64,000 nt of DNA from Tubulanus polymorphus (GCF_964204645.1 NC_134029.1:13294850-13358849), one strand, 5' to 3'; counted from the first letter of the stretch, positions 12,601 to 23,372 are shown. The notes: generated by a model from the sequence alone, not told the origin. Made by a program: numbers and translations.

Positions 12601-13103
12601 CAAAATCGAACTTCATCTTCTTTTAAGTCATTTTCAAATGCAGATTCTTTGTCTTGACCGTTATAAAAATGATCTGCCCCCCACGAGGGTGTACGACACT
12701 CAGAGAACGTTCCAGAATAATCTTTAAGTTCAGTTTCATCAAAATAATAAGAATCAGTCCAATCAGTTTTCAAGTCTTGAACATATTCTGATGGATCAAA
12801 TAATTCGCAATCATCTAGACACGATTGCGACGACAAATACATGTCCTCATTATAAAAATCACCATTTCTACAGGATGAATCATCGTAATACCAGTGTTGA
12901 TAGTAGTGACTATCATCCCACCAGAAATCAGATTCCCCTAGCGACGCATTTGTTGCGGGCCGTATTGTCGATTCGTCACTGGGCGGCCATTCCTCATAGG
13001 ATGTTCGTTGGCTACACTGGGGCGACCATTTGTGGTGGTTCGACCTCACCCTTGCTGGTCTCCTACAGGATGAGGTCCCATGGCGTTTCTTTGATTTGGC
13101 CAA
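9681..13103 (-). CDS. pol: Pol polyprotein, N-terminal part (long extension, aspartic protease, RT, RNase H); truncated by the TIR insertion
   Basis: ILIDTGAEISV protease; WAAPVVLV, RFCVDYR, LPFGL, YLDD RT; TDASD and TDHSCL RNase H. Confidence 0.95.
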   Translation of the reverse strand: MAKSKKRHGTSSCRRPARVRSNHHKWSPQCSQRTSYEEWPPSDESTIRPATNASLGESDFWWDDSHYYQHWYYDDSSCRNGDFYNEDMYLSSQSCLDDCELFDPSEYVQDLKTDWTDSYYFDETELKDYSGTFSECRTPSWGADHFYNGQDKESAFENDLKEDEVRFWDKFYGEGHKKVTFCDPVVIDEIQTNKSCLNVCYDSRPRCSQNVDPGNSTTGDGMREQGSPIIKGHEVAQQSCPATVESAVQCEIMRSNKIDHKVKYSESKILNQGVIEDTNQSELKSPRSAEAAFCQKEAELANTFSQEESFNFSRPNGSSDNGLYGCNEGSDLVQDEVVVDSEAEKDESTRNTEVFSGVSASTTDEQDGVTQNYFPSIMATVANRVVGHHSGIPLNILIDTGAEISVLNSGGLHRNPQIQSGETREGLFHSARGVDGSKFNLRGLVDINFQLGNLDLTHSMYIVDDVSSDVILGADFLEQQHAVIDYGKKALLLPGADTIHFSSNTVNLGKPSTVKVTEMTIVPPSCEVIVNGNCLSYKPPAPFAVFEPSNHLRTQDLLGARSVVDVTSTGIPIRVMNPTSRHVTLYEGTCLGHLWTEGWTVHRPLSTKGDFGQLPRPPEVNFTQVNEPQTSADIGLPEIDLVKSDLTPSQRTKLLKLLHSYKDVFARSPEELGKTDFVKHVIDTGDAPPIRKRPYRATPRMQEVIDTHVKQMLDNGIVQYSTSPWAAPVVLVQKKSPDGEVKWRFCVDYRGLNAVTRTDSFPLPRIDDLLAQVGQASPRYFSSLDLLSGYWQVGVDEASREKTAFITQTGLLEFKVLPFGLKSAPSTFQRLTGGVLRNLIGKFCLVYLDDIICYSDSFDSHLEHLARIFDRFRASGLRLNPKKCYFALKKINFLGHRLSKDGIAADPEKVAAVQNWPIPTTLKQLRSFLGFTNYYRRFCKGYSTIAAPLHNLTKKSVPYKWDAACQRAFDTLKQAMLEVPILAYPIYGGAPFLLYTDASDDGIGMVLAQVQEGTERAIAYAGRGLTKAEKNYSTTDRELLAVAAGVRKFEPYLRGYHFEIITDHSCLQYLKSMKNLSGRLGRIALYLEQFDYSISHRPGKSHGNADGLSRRPYPEPQIEEDTIEACAVQAENRDPIPNDM

Positions 13104-14113
13104 TTCAAACCTGGGCGTTGATTGCTAAATCTTCTATTGTTGTAATAACGTCTAGAGTTTGCCGGGCTGGAATTATTAAGATTTCTGTCATCTGGGCGCC
13201 TCTGATATCCCTGATCCACTTGCCAGGTAGGGCAGTTACGGGCGTAATGTCCCGGGGCGTGGCAGCGGTAACAAATCACGCTCCCTCCGCTTGATCTCTG
13301 TAGAGATCGCCTTTCATCTGGAGATACTCCCCTCTCATGCTGGTCATGGCGTCTAGGGTTCGAATCCCTATTCTGAGTTGACATGAGTTGTTTAAACATG
13401 TCACGCAATTCAGCCATGACTTCTCGTACCTCCAGATTCGGGCTTGCCTCAAGCTGATTAACCGAGGGGGCAGTTTTCTTCTTTTTTTCTATGTGTTCTG
13501 CCATCCTACCGGCCTCCCAGGCATCTCTAAAAGTAGCGGGCCGCTGGGACAGCAGATAAAAGGAAATTTCCGGTTTCGAGTTGTTAATTAACAACATTTT
13601 CTTCTGGTGATCAGAGAACTTTAAGCTAGAGGCCAACCGATCGATGTCCTCAGCAAATTGGTCAATCGGTTGCCCCTCCCCCTGTTTCATGGTTGTCAGG
13701 GCAGATTCCCTGACTATGGCCCAAGTTGTCGGGCTAAACTGTTTTATGAAAGCAGCAACGATATCATCCCAAGGGGTAATTTTTAAGTTGCCAGCCGCAT
13801 CAGTCTCTTGATCGATGTGCAGATCGTTGAAAAGGACCAAAGCAGGTCCGGATAGAAACCAGAAAATCTGTTTCTTTTTGTCCTCAGTGGTCCAGCCTCT
13901 GAGGTCAGCGAGCCTATCATATCCCCTAAACCATTCATCCACATCTTGATTGTCCCGGCCTGTGAATTTCGGAAGGAGGCTGTAATTTACAAACGCTGCT
14001 GCTGAGCCCATCTGCTCCTGAAGCCCCGTCAGCGCCCGCATGACTGTGTCATTGCTGACCGAACTATCAGCAGCCGTACCCGGATCCCCTTGGGCCCGAC
14101 TTCGAGTCGTCAT
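13046..14113 (-). CDS. gag: Gag with CCHC zinc knuckle
   Basis: PKFTG..DVDEWF capsid-like region, CYRCHAPGHYARNC knuckle; overlaps pol, which lies in the -1 frame. Confidence 0.92.
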   Translation of the reverse strand: MTTRSRAQGDPGTAADSSVSNDTVMRALTGLQEQMGSAAAFVNYSLLPKFTGRDNQDVDEWFRGYDRLADLRGWTTEDKKKQIFWFLSGPALVLFNDLHIDQETDAAGNLKITPWDDIVAAFIKQFSPTTWAIVRESALTTMKQGEGQPIDQFAEDIDRLASSLKFSDHQKKMLLINNSKPEISFYLLSQRPATFRDAWEAGRMAEHIEKKKKTAPSVNQLEASPNLEVREVMAELRDMFKQLMSTQNRDSNPRRHDQHERGVSPDERRSLQRSSGGSVICYRCHAPGHYARNCPTWQVDQGYQRRPDDRNLNNSSPANSRRYYNNRRFSNQRPGLNWPNQRNAMGPHPVGDQQG

Positions 14114-14265
14114 TGTAAAAAAAATTCATTCAAAATTTCTATTGTTAAAATCATTATTACTATTACCGATATTCTAACTGATATTACTATTATTATTATT
14201 CTTATTATTATCTTATTATTATTATCATCCCTAAAATTCGTATGAATAATGCCAATGTATGGAAT

Positions 14266-14532
14266 TTATTGAAAGATCATGGCATAAAACCTAGAGCTTT
14301 CCGCCCACGAGGGGTCCTTGTGCTCTTTTCCCAGCACTTCCGCGGTTTCTACGAGGCAATTTCGAAGGTGCCTTAACTTTGACCCATTAGCATTTACAAT
14401 AAGCTCAAATGTTTCCTCGTCACCGGATGCGTTCGCATCCTGCTCCGCCCAATAGAGACCGTATAGGCCATCCGTGAATACTTCTAACAGAAAATCATCG
14501 GTTTCTTGGGCCTCTATGATCTCTTCATCCAT
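14266..14532 (-). CDS. Small acidic ORF (88 aa) between PBS and gag, unknown function
   Basis: ATG start, co-oriented with gag, and more GC-rich than its AT-rich flanks. Confidence 0.5.
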   Translation of the reverse strand: MDEEIIEAQETDDFLLEVFTDGLYGLYWAEQDANASGDEETFELIVNANGSKLRHLRNCLVETAEVLGKEHKDPSWAESSRFYAMIFQ

Positions 14533-14639
14533 AATTCAGAAATTATATATAATACTATCGTATAAGAAATTCAGAAATTTTTTTGTGTTATTTAAATTGG
14601 AATTTAAAGAAGCTAATTTATTATATATTATTCCGGAGT

Positions 14640-14657
14640 TCCCGATTTTCGGCACCA
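14640..14657 (-). promoter_or_regulatory. Primer binding site, tRNA-Phe-like
   Basis: The minus strand reads TGGTGCCGAAAATCGGGA, 3 nt after the LTR-terminal CA; it resembles the complement of the animal tRNA-Phe 3' end (TGGTGCCGAAACCCGGGA). Confidence 0.75.
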
Positions 14658-14660
14658 ATA

Positions 14661-15660
14661 TGTTCCGCGGTCCCTTTCTCTATTGTCTTTTTCCTCTATT
14701 ACAAACTCCGGTCCCTGGCGAGAAAGTCGACCACGAACACAGAAACCCGAAAACCAAGTGATAAAAACGAACTCCGGATTTAAATATGATAATACTCAAC
14801 TTTTATTCTAACAATTCAAACTTAACTTTAGTCTCAACAATTTATAAAATTCCCTACCTTTTCATTTTGAATTTTGTTACAAATCCCACACACAAGAAGA
14901 TACAATTCAACCGGATAGCCGAAAGTTATCTGTTCTATAGTCTTCTAATGCTTCCCCTGAAAATGCTTTCTAAAAGAGTCCGCTCTCTCTCTCGAGGTGC
15001 GGCCCCTTTTATACGGCTGCGTCCACACCCAAGAAAAATCCAGAACCCTGCTTGCGGCCAGCCGTAAAAGGGAACGAGCAACCAACGCAGCACCACGACG
15101 CAGAGCCGGGGTCCTGATTCCTAGACTTTTCATTCGCTGCTAACTTTAACCCGACCCTCGACGTCATGATACCTGCCGGTCTGCTCTCCTTCTCAACCGC
15201 ACCGAAGAGATTACATATATACTATTTTTCCAACCCTCGAACTCATTTATTTTAACTTATCCAATGATTACAATTCCCACAGTGAATGGTATTTAATTTT
15301 GTCTAAATAGTAATATACAATGTAAGCCGAAATATCATCTTTCTTATTTATATTCTTTATCATTATTAGTACATTCAAATTTAAACACACAAACTCTTAT
15401 TAATTAAAATAATAAAACTCTTTAATATTACTTTTTAATAATACTCTTTAATATTACTCCTTATTATCGAATTATCAGACTAAGGGTCAGCGAGTGTTTC
15501 ATAAGTTGATTTCATAATTGCTCATTTCCACGAATTCTTCTCATGACTACAGCGCCGTGATTACCTTCAAAGTGATTTAGAATGCTCGTCTGATACAAGT
15601 ATAAATGTTTCAGACAAACAACCATTAAGGCGGATAATGTATTATCGTACATAAGGAACA
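14661..15660 (-). repeat. 5' LTR (~1000 bp)
   Basis: TGTTCC...GGAACA inverted termini; minus-strand TATAAAA at 15007-15013 and AATAAA at 14802-14807; adjacent PBS. The second LTR is outside the window, so the outer end is inferred. Confidence 0.72.
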
Positions 15661-16197
15661 ATGCGTGTGTTCTCCCAGGACCATGCCAAGAAACCTACGT
15701 ATATAAATCGTTTGATCTTTTTGAAAGTACAATTCAGCTGCGGATCAGTATGATGAATAACATGACTTTCTATAGCATATGACCTGAACATGACCCCATA
15801 TTTTGGAGACCCACTTGGACCCAGGCGTCAAAAAGTTTTGAAAACGATAAATTTCTAATAGCTATGACTTATAGCTTTCAGAAAGTTATAGGTTAAACAG
15901 GGGTTTTGGCATTAGAAAAGCACTTTAATGGCGGTTCCTGAACTTCGCTGAAAAAGCTGAAACACTGAAAAGCTGAAACGCTGAAATAAAAATGCTGAAA
16001 TTTCAGGGAATTTCCGAAAAACGCCGAAATTTCAGGGAATTCCCGAAAAACGCTGAAATCGTGCTAGGTACCGACAATACACGTTTTGAAATTCTTTCAG
16101 GGCCGGTGTCCGCTGCCGAGTCCTGAACCGTTTTAGTCTCTACCTTCGGTTACAGAGACATGCCTTGAGGTCGTCGTCATGTTCGACTTGATCGATT

Positions 16198-16952
16198 GCG
16201 GATGCAAAAACCGTTAAGTTTCCCAAGTCTCCGTTTCTACCTAACGCATGCGCATTAGTCAGTGCTGGAATTGCTCTTAGTCGCGAAATCGGCACATTGC
16301 GCATGCGGCACTACATGTGAACTGCATGTGAACTTTAATGACTAATAGTCACTGTAGTTTCCATTAGGTTCGAATCCCGTAAAAATATTGATCTTATTTA
16401 CGCTGTTCATCTTAAGCGGCGCTATCAGGTTCGAAACCCGAAAATTACTGATCGTATTTCAAGCGTTACGACATGAACTTTGATGATTAAAGTGTCGCTG
16501 GGTTATTGTTTGCCAAGGAAAAAGTTAAAGCATCCCGAATATGAAACAATGAACATAAAAATAGACAGGATTTACTTTTAAGTGCTATTAGGTTCGAATC
16601 CCGAATGTGTAGGCAGAAAAATACATTCATCCTTTTTAATATACCGATATATATCTTAGATTTTCAGCTTATGGCAAGACCACTTGAACACCTGTCATTC
16701 CAAAAAATACAAATGATCCTCGTAAGTGACCAAACAAACTGCGCCTTCCCGCTGCGCATAAGTTCACGCAAGTTCAGTCCGTTATAGTTCTATGTTTCAG
16801 CGTTCTGACATGACCCAGTTTAGGAAAAAATACACATGTAGCGACGCATGCGCACGCGACCAGTTTCTAGACTTAGAGGATTTCCCCAACACTTCCTAAT
16901 GCGCATGCGTTATAAACAGAGACTTGGGAAACTTTACGGTTTTTGCATTGCG
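16198..16952. mobile_element. Nested inverted-repeat element (~60-bp IRs)
   Basis: TGCAAAAACCGT.AAGTTTCCCAAGTCTC...ACGCATGCGCATTAG is mirrored at 16896-16950; internal AGGTTCGAA.CCCG repeats; no TSD resolved. Confidence 0.6.
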
Positions 16953-17589
16953 GATTGCGTGGATTGTTAGATGTGTTTTTTGTTTTATGCGCATATACCG
17001 GTACGATCTAACAATGAAATTATCACTTCATTTGAATAAATTCTTAATTACAGTAATATTAATTCTCAATATTTTTTCTTATGTTTGGTGATTTCTTGCA
17101 ACTTATCATTGCCAATTCTCATACAAAAGTAGTAGCTGAATGAAAGTACAGCTAGTTAGGCTGAACCTGATAACCCAAATTAAGTGCTAGCATGGAACTT
17201 ATGACTACTTTGATTCTATTTCGGTGTGAATAAAGGTTCAACCGTCATAGTATACTGTACTTAGCATTACTACGATTGGGTGCCATATTTCTACAATCTC
17301 TACAAGAAAGGAGTATTGAAGTGTCTTTCGTTCCCGGGTAGGCATCCTCGCTTGCCAGGAGACCAGTATTGCTCCCAAACTCGCTTCCAGCAGCCCCCTG
17401 GCCTCACGACGCGCGATTTCATTACCGACGCTTCTGAGCATGACGTCATATATCAACACGCGACAATACTTCCCCTTCGCTACGTGTTCGCTGATTGGTC
17501 CATTTACCGGGAAATTCCACAGATGCCCAATGTCATTTGTAACAAGCGCTGTGATTGGCCCGACCTGATTCTGGTCGGCTAGTAACGAC

Positions 17590-17830
17590 TCGTGAGGTCA
17601 AGCGGTTCGGAGAACAGCTTTAGTGTAGTGGGTTCGAATCCCTTGACAGGTGAAGATGCCGGGTAGGGTACAGGGTAAAACCTGGTTTACTTTCTCTGTC
17701 TACTTGCTGGATACTACTATCTGCAATGTATTGCATGCTTTGATTTGTCTGGCTTATGAGAGTCGAACAACGTTTTCCCATACACAGGCTTGGCTTTAGT
17801 ACTAGATGAAGGCTAGGCACTACACATTGT
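17590..17830 (+). mobile_element. Probable tRNA-derived SINE remnant
   Basis: A-box-like GAGGTCAAGCGG and B-box GGGTTCGAATCCC (~17630) without a cloverleaf; boundaries approximate. Confidence 0.4.
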
Positions 17831-19770
17831 GGATTGACTGGAACTCTAAACTCACAAAATTAAACGAGTCAACAAGAAAGATCCAATAATTGGACGTTTG
17901 TCTAACTATATCATTTAACAGCTTAAAATAATACTTAACACATTCTGCAAGAGTACACAAAAGAAATCAGTTCTTACATTATATCAGAATCAATAGTTCG
18001 CTTAACTCGGGCTTGAATTCTGGTTCCATTGCTTCATATTCTAATGAAATTCACTAGCATACCTAAGAATATTGCTTAGCTTAAGATAACAAATTTGGTA
18101 CCAGGAAAACGGATAAGTAAAGTGGGTGTACTGTACATCCGCAATTGACTTATTTCTCTCTGGTTGAATCAAGTTATTACTGAAATAGCATTCAAATAGC
18201 CATTTTGTTTTTAAAAATTGTGTCGTTCAGCTATCCTGCTGTAAATTTCGCAGTTGAAGTTAACTAATGCTATCTGATTTCTCAGTATCTCAAATTTGCA
18301 CATTCTTAGCCCGAGTCTAAAAATTGAAAAAAGTGCATTTAAAGTAGGAAATAAAAGAGTAGTGGCTAATACACCCTGGAGATATAGCCTATGGGGTGGG
18401 CCTAGTTTGAAAGCACTGAGGTCCGAGGGAACAGCACTTTGTAAATAAATACTGAAACAACTTACAAAACACCCAATACTTGAGATGATGAACTGGACAA
18501 GAAGTGTGTCCAGCTAGGCAAATCAACTTTGTCTATGACTCCTTTTATAGATTATCTATATCGGTATTACCGTAGTAGTCTAAAAATAAGAATCGGTAAA
18601 TTTTTCTAACAGTTGGTATGTCATTTTTTCAAAAAAAAACTTATTATTATCACACCACAGCAAATAAATTACAGGTGTTGAATGGTTTGCCCGATTTAGA
18701 TTAATTGGTTGACGCTAATTGGTATGACCTATAAGTAGGGGCCTACTGCATGTCATTGGCGTCAATCCATTCCATTCCACGGTGAATAAAAAAGAAATTT
18801 AGTTAGATCCCTTTTGTCCAAAAGCTGCATCATCTATATAACTAGCTGTCAAATTTAATTTACCTCCTTCAGAGAATACCATAGTCCGTCGCCCATCAAC
18901 GTGTTGACAAAAGAAAAGTTGCTCATAATCCTGTTTTATACATGAATGAACGTTACGTCTTGCAGAAGTAAACCATATTCTTGGAATATTGAGCATAGTG
19001 TTTAAGTTGGCTTGCACGGTTTGTGAATGGGTTTTCCTCATCATGCTGCCTGTATGCATTAAAAATCCGGATTTCAAGCGAATTAATTTGTCCAACAAGT
19101 GGCCCTCTAGAAGTATACTCCACACATACTGCCCATGCAAAACACGGTTCAGGACTCGGCAGCGGACACCGGCCCGGAAAATATTTCAAAACGAGTATTG
19201 TCGGTACCTAGCACGATTTCAGCGTTTTTCGGGAATTCCCTGAAATTTCGGCGTTTTTCGAAATTCCCTGAAATTTCAGCGTTTTTATTTCAGCGATTCA
19301 GCGTTTCAGTGTTTCAGCTTTTTCAGCGAAGTTCAGGAACCGCTTTAATGGACATTAAAAACCATATGTGAAATTCTCCTAAATTAATTAATATCAGAAT
19401 GAGTGGATTTTGGTAAAAAATTCAAACATGGAAAGGGTTAAGGCGAGCATGAAAGTTGTTCATGACAGCCCGGAGGTTAAAAAAATCAATGGCACGCCCT
19501 ATCTGCGATTAACCGTTTGGGCTCTACGGGCTCGAAAATGGGACCCCAAATTTTTCAAAGAGATTTTTGCTCCTAGCTCCTAAACCGTTGGAGATAGAAT
19601 CGTGGTTGCAATAAGTGATCAGTAGCCCTTGACGAGACGCTTGTATTGATGTATGGTTTAACCATGTAACTCCAGTAGCGCCATGGTTCTCCAGTAGCGC
19701 CACCTATAAAATGCTGGATAACGCATTTTCATCTATATCGACTAAGCGTGTGAATGGATTTCTATAAAAA

Positions 19771-19808
19771 AATATAGCTGCAAAGCAGCGATAACGGGTT
19801 TTCTGCAC
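19771..19808 (-). mobile_element. Isolated terminus of the same family as the 44115-55893 insertion
   Basis: AATATAGCTGCAAAGCAGCGATAACGGGTTTTCTG matches 44109-44137 and carries the GGGTTTTCTG arm seen at 55866. Confidence 0.65.
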
Positions 19809-19830
19809 AGTCTTAGAATCCTGTTCAACG

Positions 19831-19960
19831 GTGGATTTCGACAAAGCATTTGATAAGGCACAACATCAGCCATTACTAACTAAACAGGCTATTAGGAAAC
19901 AGTATCAATGATAGGTCCCCCAAATGGCTCAGCAGTTATCGAAAACTTGTAGCCGAAATC
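19831..19960 (+). pseudogene. Fossil CR1/L2-type LINE reverse transcriptase fragment
   Basis: Translates VDFDKAFDKAQHQPLLTK, compare the consensus LDFSKAFDKVPHxxLLxK. Confidence 0.6.
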
Positions 19961-20089
19961 AACGGAACGCCTCATTTTGGAATAAGTCAGTCTAACTAGT
20001 GGAGTCACGCAAGGTAGTCGTCTTCTGTTTAATGTCCTGACAAATGACATACACAGTATTCCAAAATATACCAGACCGAGTAAATTTCC

Positions 20090-20635
20090 AAAACGAACTT
20101 AACACGCTGTTCGACCAAAAACTTAATGTTTCGACAAGAAAATCGTGTTCGAGTGAAAACAATTCAGTTTGGTTTACGCTTTTTGAACCAAAACTTTCTT
20201 CATTCTGACAAAAAAATGTGTTCGAATGAAAAGCTATGTTATTGTTGAAATGAAAAGCTTTTTGTCCCGGCAAAAAAATTTTGTTGAGCGAAAACAATTT
20301 TTTCGAACGAATGTTTGAATGAAAACAATTCTGTTCGATTGAACGAAATACTTAATACTTTTGGTTCGGAGAAAAAACTTTTTACAATAAACTTGTTTGA
20401 ACGGAAAACTTAATGTTCTGACAAGAAAATTCTGTTCAAATTAAAACGATTCTGTTCGATCGAACGATTGTTCGAACGAAAAACCTTTGGTTTGGAAAAA
20501 AAAGTTTTTTCAACTTTGTTCTAACGATTTTTCAAATTGGTTCAATCGAAAAGAATATTATTGGTTGGAACGAAATAAATGTTGTTCCGACGAAAGAATA
20601 TTCAAGCGAAAGGTCTTTTGAACGAAAAAAAAGAT
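20090..20635. repeat. Degenerate tandem repeat rich in TTCGAACGAAAA
   Basis: Recurrent GTTCGA(A/C)CGAAAA-like motifs. Confidence 0.55.
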
Positions 20636-20661
20636 ATTCCTGGGGCTCCGCAGTAACTTAA

Positions 20662-20979
20662 AGCCGGACGTAGGTCGGCCTTGTGACGCGATGCGATCCT
20701 CGCGTTGCATCGCAAGTTTCGGTGCAAGTCGGTTGCGATACGATTGTGTGCAACTAGTTTCTGCCAGTCGCAAGAGCGCGTAGATCGGTTGTGACAGTCG
20801 TGTCGCGTCGCAGAAAGTAGAACACGTGTGACTCCTTGTGACTGGCGTTGCTGACAGTCGCAACCCGTCGCAAGGGAGCGTAGGTCGATGAGTCGTTGTG
20901 ACACAATCGTCGCTGGCGGTCGCAGTGAATGGCGTCGCAGTGAGTCACAAGCCGTCACAAAGCCGACCTACGCCCGCCT
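20662..20979. mobile_element. PIF/Harbinger MITE
   Basis: TIR AGCCGGACGTAGGTCGGC.TTGTGACG / CGTCACAA.GCCGACCTACGCCCGCCT; TSD TAA; internal GTCGCA repeats. Confidence 0.85.
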
Positions 20980-21509
20980 TAACTCATTAGGAATTAATGA
21001 AACACCAGTTTCATTTATGATGAAAAAACTCAAATGAAAAGTCTGGCTTAGAAAGCTGTCTGCTCAGACGAAATTTTCAAAAAAAATCTTCATTTTTGCC
21101 AATAAAATAGATAATTGTGATTGATCGTTGCAAGTCAGAACCAGTTAATCACTAATTAACATGCATTTTAATAAATCTGGTTCCTCCTATACAGTGAACT
21201 TAGCTTTAACCTAGTAGAGGCTACTAGCCTATGTAGGCCCATGTATATGCGTAGGCCTAACATCCGGACTGATTTGTCGTAGGCCTATTGAATAACAACC
21301 CTCCTAAATATCGTAAATTTTGTTTTGAAGTTCAATCCAATGAGTCCGTTAATAACCGCAACATTTATACTGTGTTTGTTTGAGACGGTAAAATGTCAGT
21401 ACCGGTAGGCCTAAAGCCTTTAGGTCGCGTAAAACTTGATAAACACTTCAAACGACACAGCGAACGATCTCCTTTCCCCCACATCGAACGCTTACTCCGA
21501 ATGTCAAGT

Positions 21510-21930
21510 CTTCATCGAATTGTATCTTACCTGGAATAGCTTCTTTAAATATTGATTTAAAAGCATTAGTAACTTCTATACCAGTTTTACTTTTGATTGG
21601 AATTGACCATGCGAATCTACTGAATATATCTATAACATTTAATATCCAGAAATATCCTCTATTGTATTCCTCTAAGTTCTTCATGTCAATTAAATCTGCT
21701 TGCCATTGTTGATCAATATATGAAACCATTACTTTTCTCGTTATATAGTTTTTATTCATTTTCCTATGGATTTGATATGTTGGTTGGTTTTGTAACCATA
21801 ATTTTAAATCACTACATTTTATATTTTCTTCATCAGATTTAATTTTATCCCATAATTCTGAAACACTAGAATATGATACTTCACTCTCTGGGTTATAATA
21901 TAACTCTCTTAAATATTGTTCTTTTTTCAT
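21510..21930 (-). pseudogene. Polinton retroviral-like integrase, N-terminal fragment
   Basis: QWQADLIDM..IDIFSRFAW..IQFD; nearly identical to 57258-57700; homology ends after QFDE. Confidence 0.9.
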
Positions 21931-21936
21931 CTTATT

Positions 21937-22236
21937 TTAATCCATTAATAATAATCTTGGTTTAGTTTCAATGATTTTATCATTTGATTTATTTTCTGGT
22001 ATAATAGGTTTATCATTATCATCATCTTTATTATCAGATTTATACTTAGATTTATATATTATACCAGAGAATACAATTACTGCGATTAACCCAATTGTAA
22101 TATATAAGTAATTATGTCTTCCAGTATTAGAAGAATCAGATGGATTATCATTCAAATTAATATCAGGTAATTTCTGTGGTTCATTTATATCAGTTAATTT
22201 CTTTTTCTTAGCTCTTTTTAATTCTGCAGATCTTTT
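21937..22236 (-). pseudogene. Polinton small transmembrane ORF (homolog of 56880..57251), 5'-truncated
   Basis: Shares YLYITIGLI..FSG.IYK and the LLLMD terminus. Confidence 0.8.
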
Positions 22237-22303
22237 TGCAGATCTGTAAGGATGTAAAAGAGAAAATGTTGCAGACTAGACACCTAATTTTTTTCCTCAA
22301 AGG

Positions 22304-23372
22304 ATGGAAACTTGGGAAAAAATGTTGAAAGAAGGAACGCTAGTGAGTGATATCATTTTTGACCTGCACAAAACATTTCAATGTTCTTATAAAATAACCC
22401 AATCCATGACGGATCCATATGTTAATTTCATGTTGGAGTGGAATGATAAACTTCGTCAATATTCGAGCAATGGGCCGTTTATATCTACTCCTCATGAAAT
22501 GTTATGGGATCTTTTTCAAAAGGATAAAATTGAAATTGATTCAGCAGGAGCAATCATCCACAGTATCGGTGACTATGTGAGAAATTATATACAGGCCAGA
22601 ATGAACATTTTTGAAGAAAGAACCGAGACGAGTATTTTGAAGCCGCAGTCAACTGCAGGACTGTATCTTGTTTCTGGTGGCTGTCTGGGACTTATGTTTT
22701 CTTTATATAAGCGTGAACGTCGAAGGGGTAATACAGAAGCCCAGAAAAAACTTCGAGTCCTTTCGAAAATGATAATTTTCGACAAAAGCAGGTCTTCAAA
22801 ATTGCCTGTTGAAGTTTGGTGCCGTGATAAAGGTGGACTTTACATATTCAAGCCAGAATACATGGATATGGTAAAATCAATTGATACCGAAATCATGAAC
22901 TGTGTAAATGTAACCGAATTGCAAAAACATAAAAAAAGAATTATCAGGGTAAGTAAACAATGTTTTAAAATATTTTTTTATTGCTCTTAATACAAAAAAT
23001 ACACATCAAAATAAATTAAATGTTCATATTTTTCAGCTTACAACAGACAAAATTCTGCAAAACAAGGATCTTGAAGCAGTTTTTGTCGGACTTGTCACAC
23101 AAAGTGTTGGATCAGAGGTGGCAGGTGAGCTGAGACTGAACATAGTTTCTGTTTGGACGGACTTTTTGCGTAAATACACTCATGCGCGCATAAATGGAAT
23201 CATAAAGGGAATATACGAGAAAAAAGTAGAAAAATCTGGTAAACGCCTGAAAGGAGGATCAAGCTTAAGAGAAACGCTTTATAATCTTGGAAAGACAAGA
23301 AACCCTAAACATTCTAAATCAACTCCTTCAACTTCTAAAAAACAATCTGTTCGTAAAGGAAATAAACAGTGA
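22304..23372 (+). CDS. Two-exon accessory gene convergent with the P-like transposase, 5' end probably lost
   Basis: ORF 22304-22948, GTAAGT donor at ~22949, TTTCAG acceptor at 23036, exon to TGA at 23372; basic C-terminus. Confidence 0.7.

Larger units (their letters stand above)
1..15660 (-). mobile_element. Gypsy/Metaviridae LTR retroelement with env (endogenous retrovirus-like); 3' part runs off the window start
   Basis: Order on the minus strand is LTR, PBS, gag, PR-RT-RH-IN, env; it is interrupted by an insertion at 2631-9682. Confidence 0.93.
15932..19342. mobile_element. Non-autonomous Mutator-like element, ~200-bp TIRs, 9-bp TSD
   Basis: TIR CGGTTCCTGAACTTCGCTGAAAAAGCTG... with internal GCTGAAA repeats; CTTTAATGG at 15923-15931 and 19343-19351. 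Confidence 0.88.

Noticed and set aside
126-13591. Plus-strand ORFs antisense to gag, pol and env (e.g. 12791..13294)
   Set aside because: They are shadow frames of the real minus-strand genes and have no recognisable motifs.
16360-17645. tRNA genes suggested by GGTTCGAATCC
   Set aside because: No acceptor stem or cloverleaf could be built around any of the motifs.
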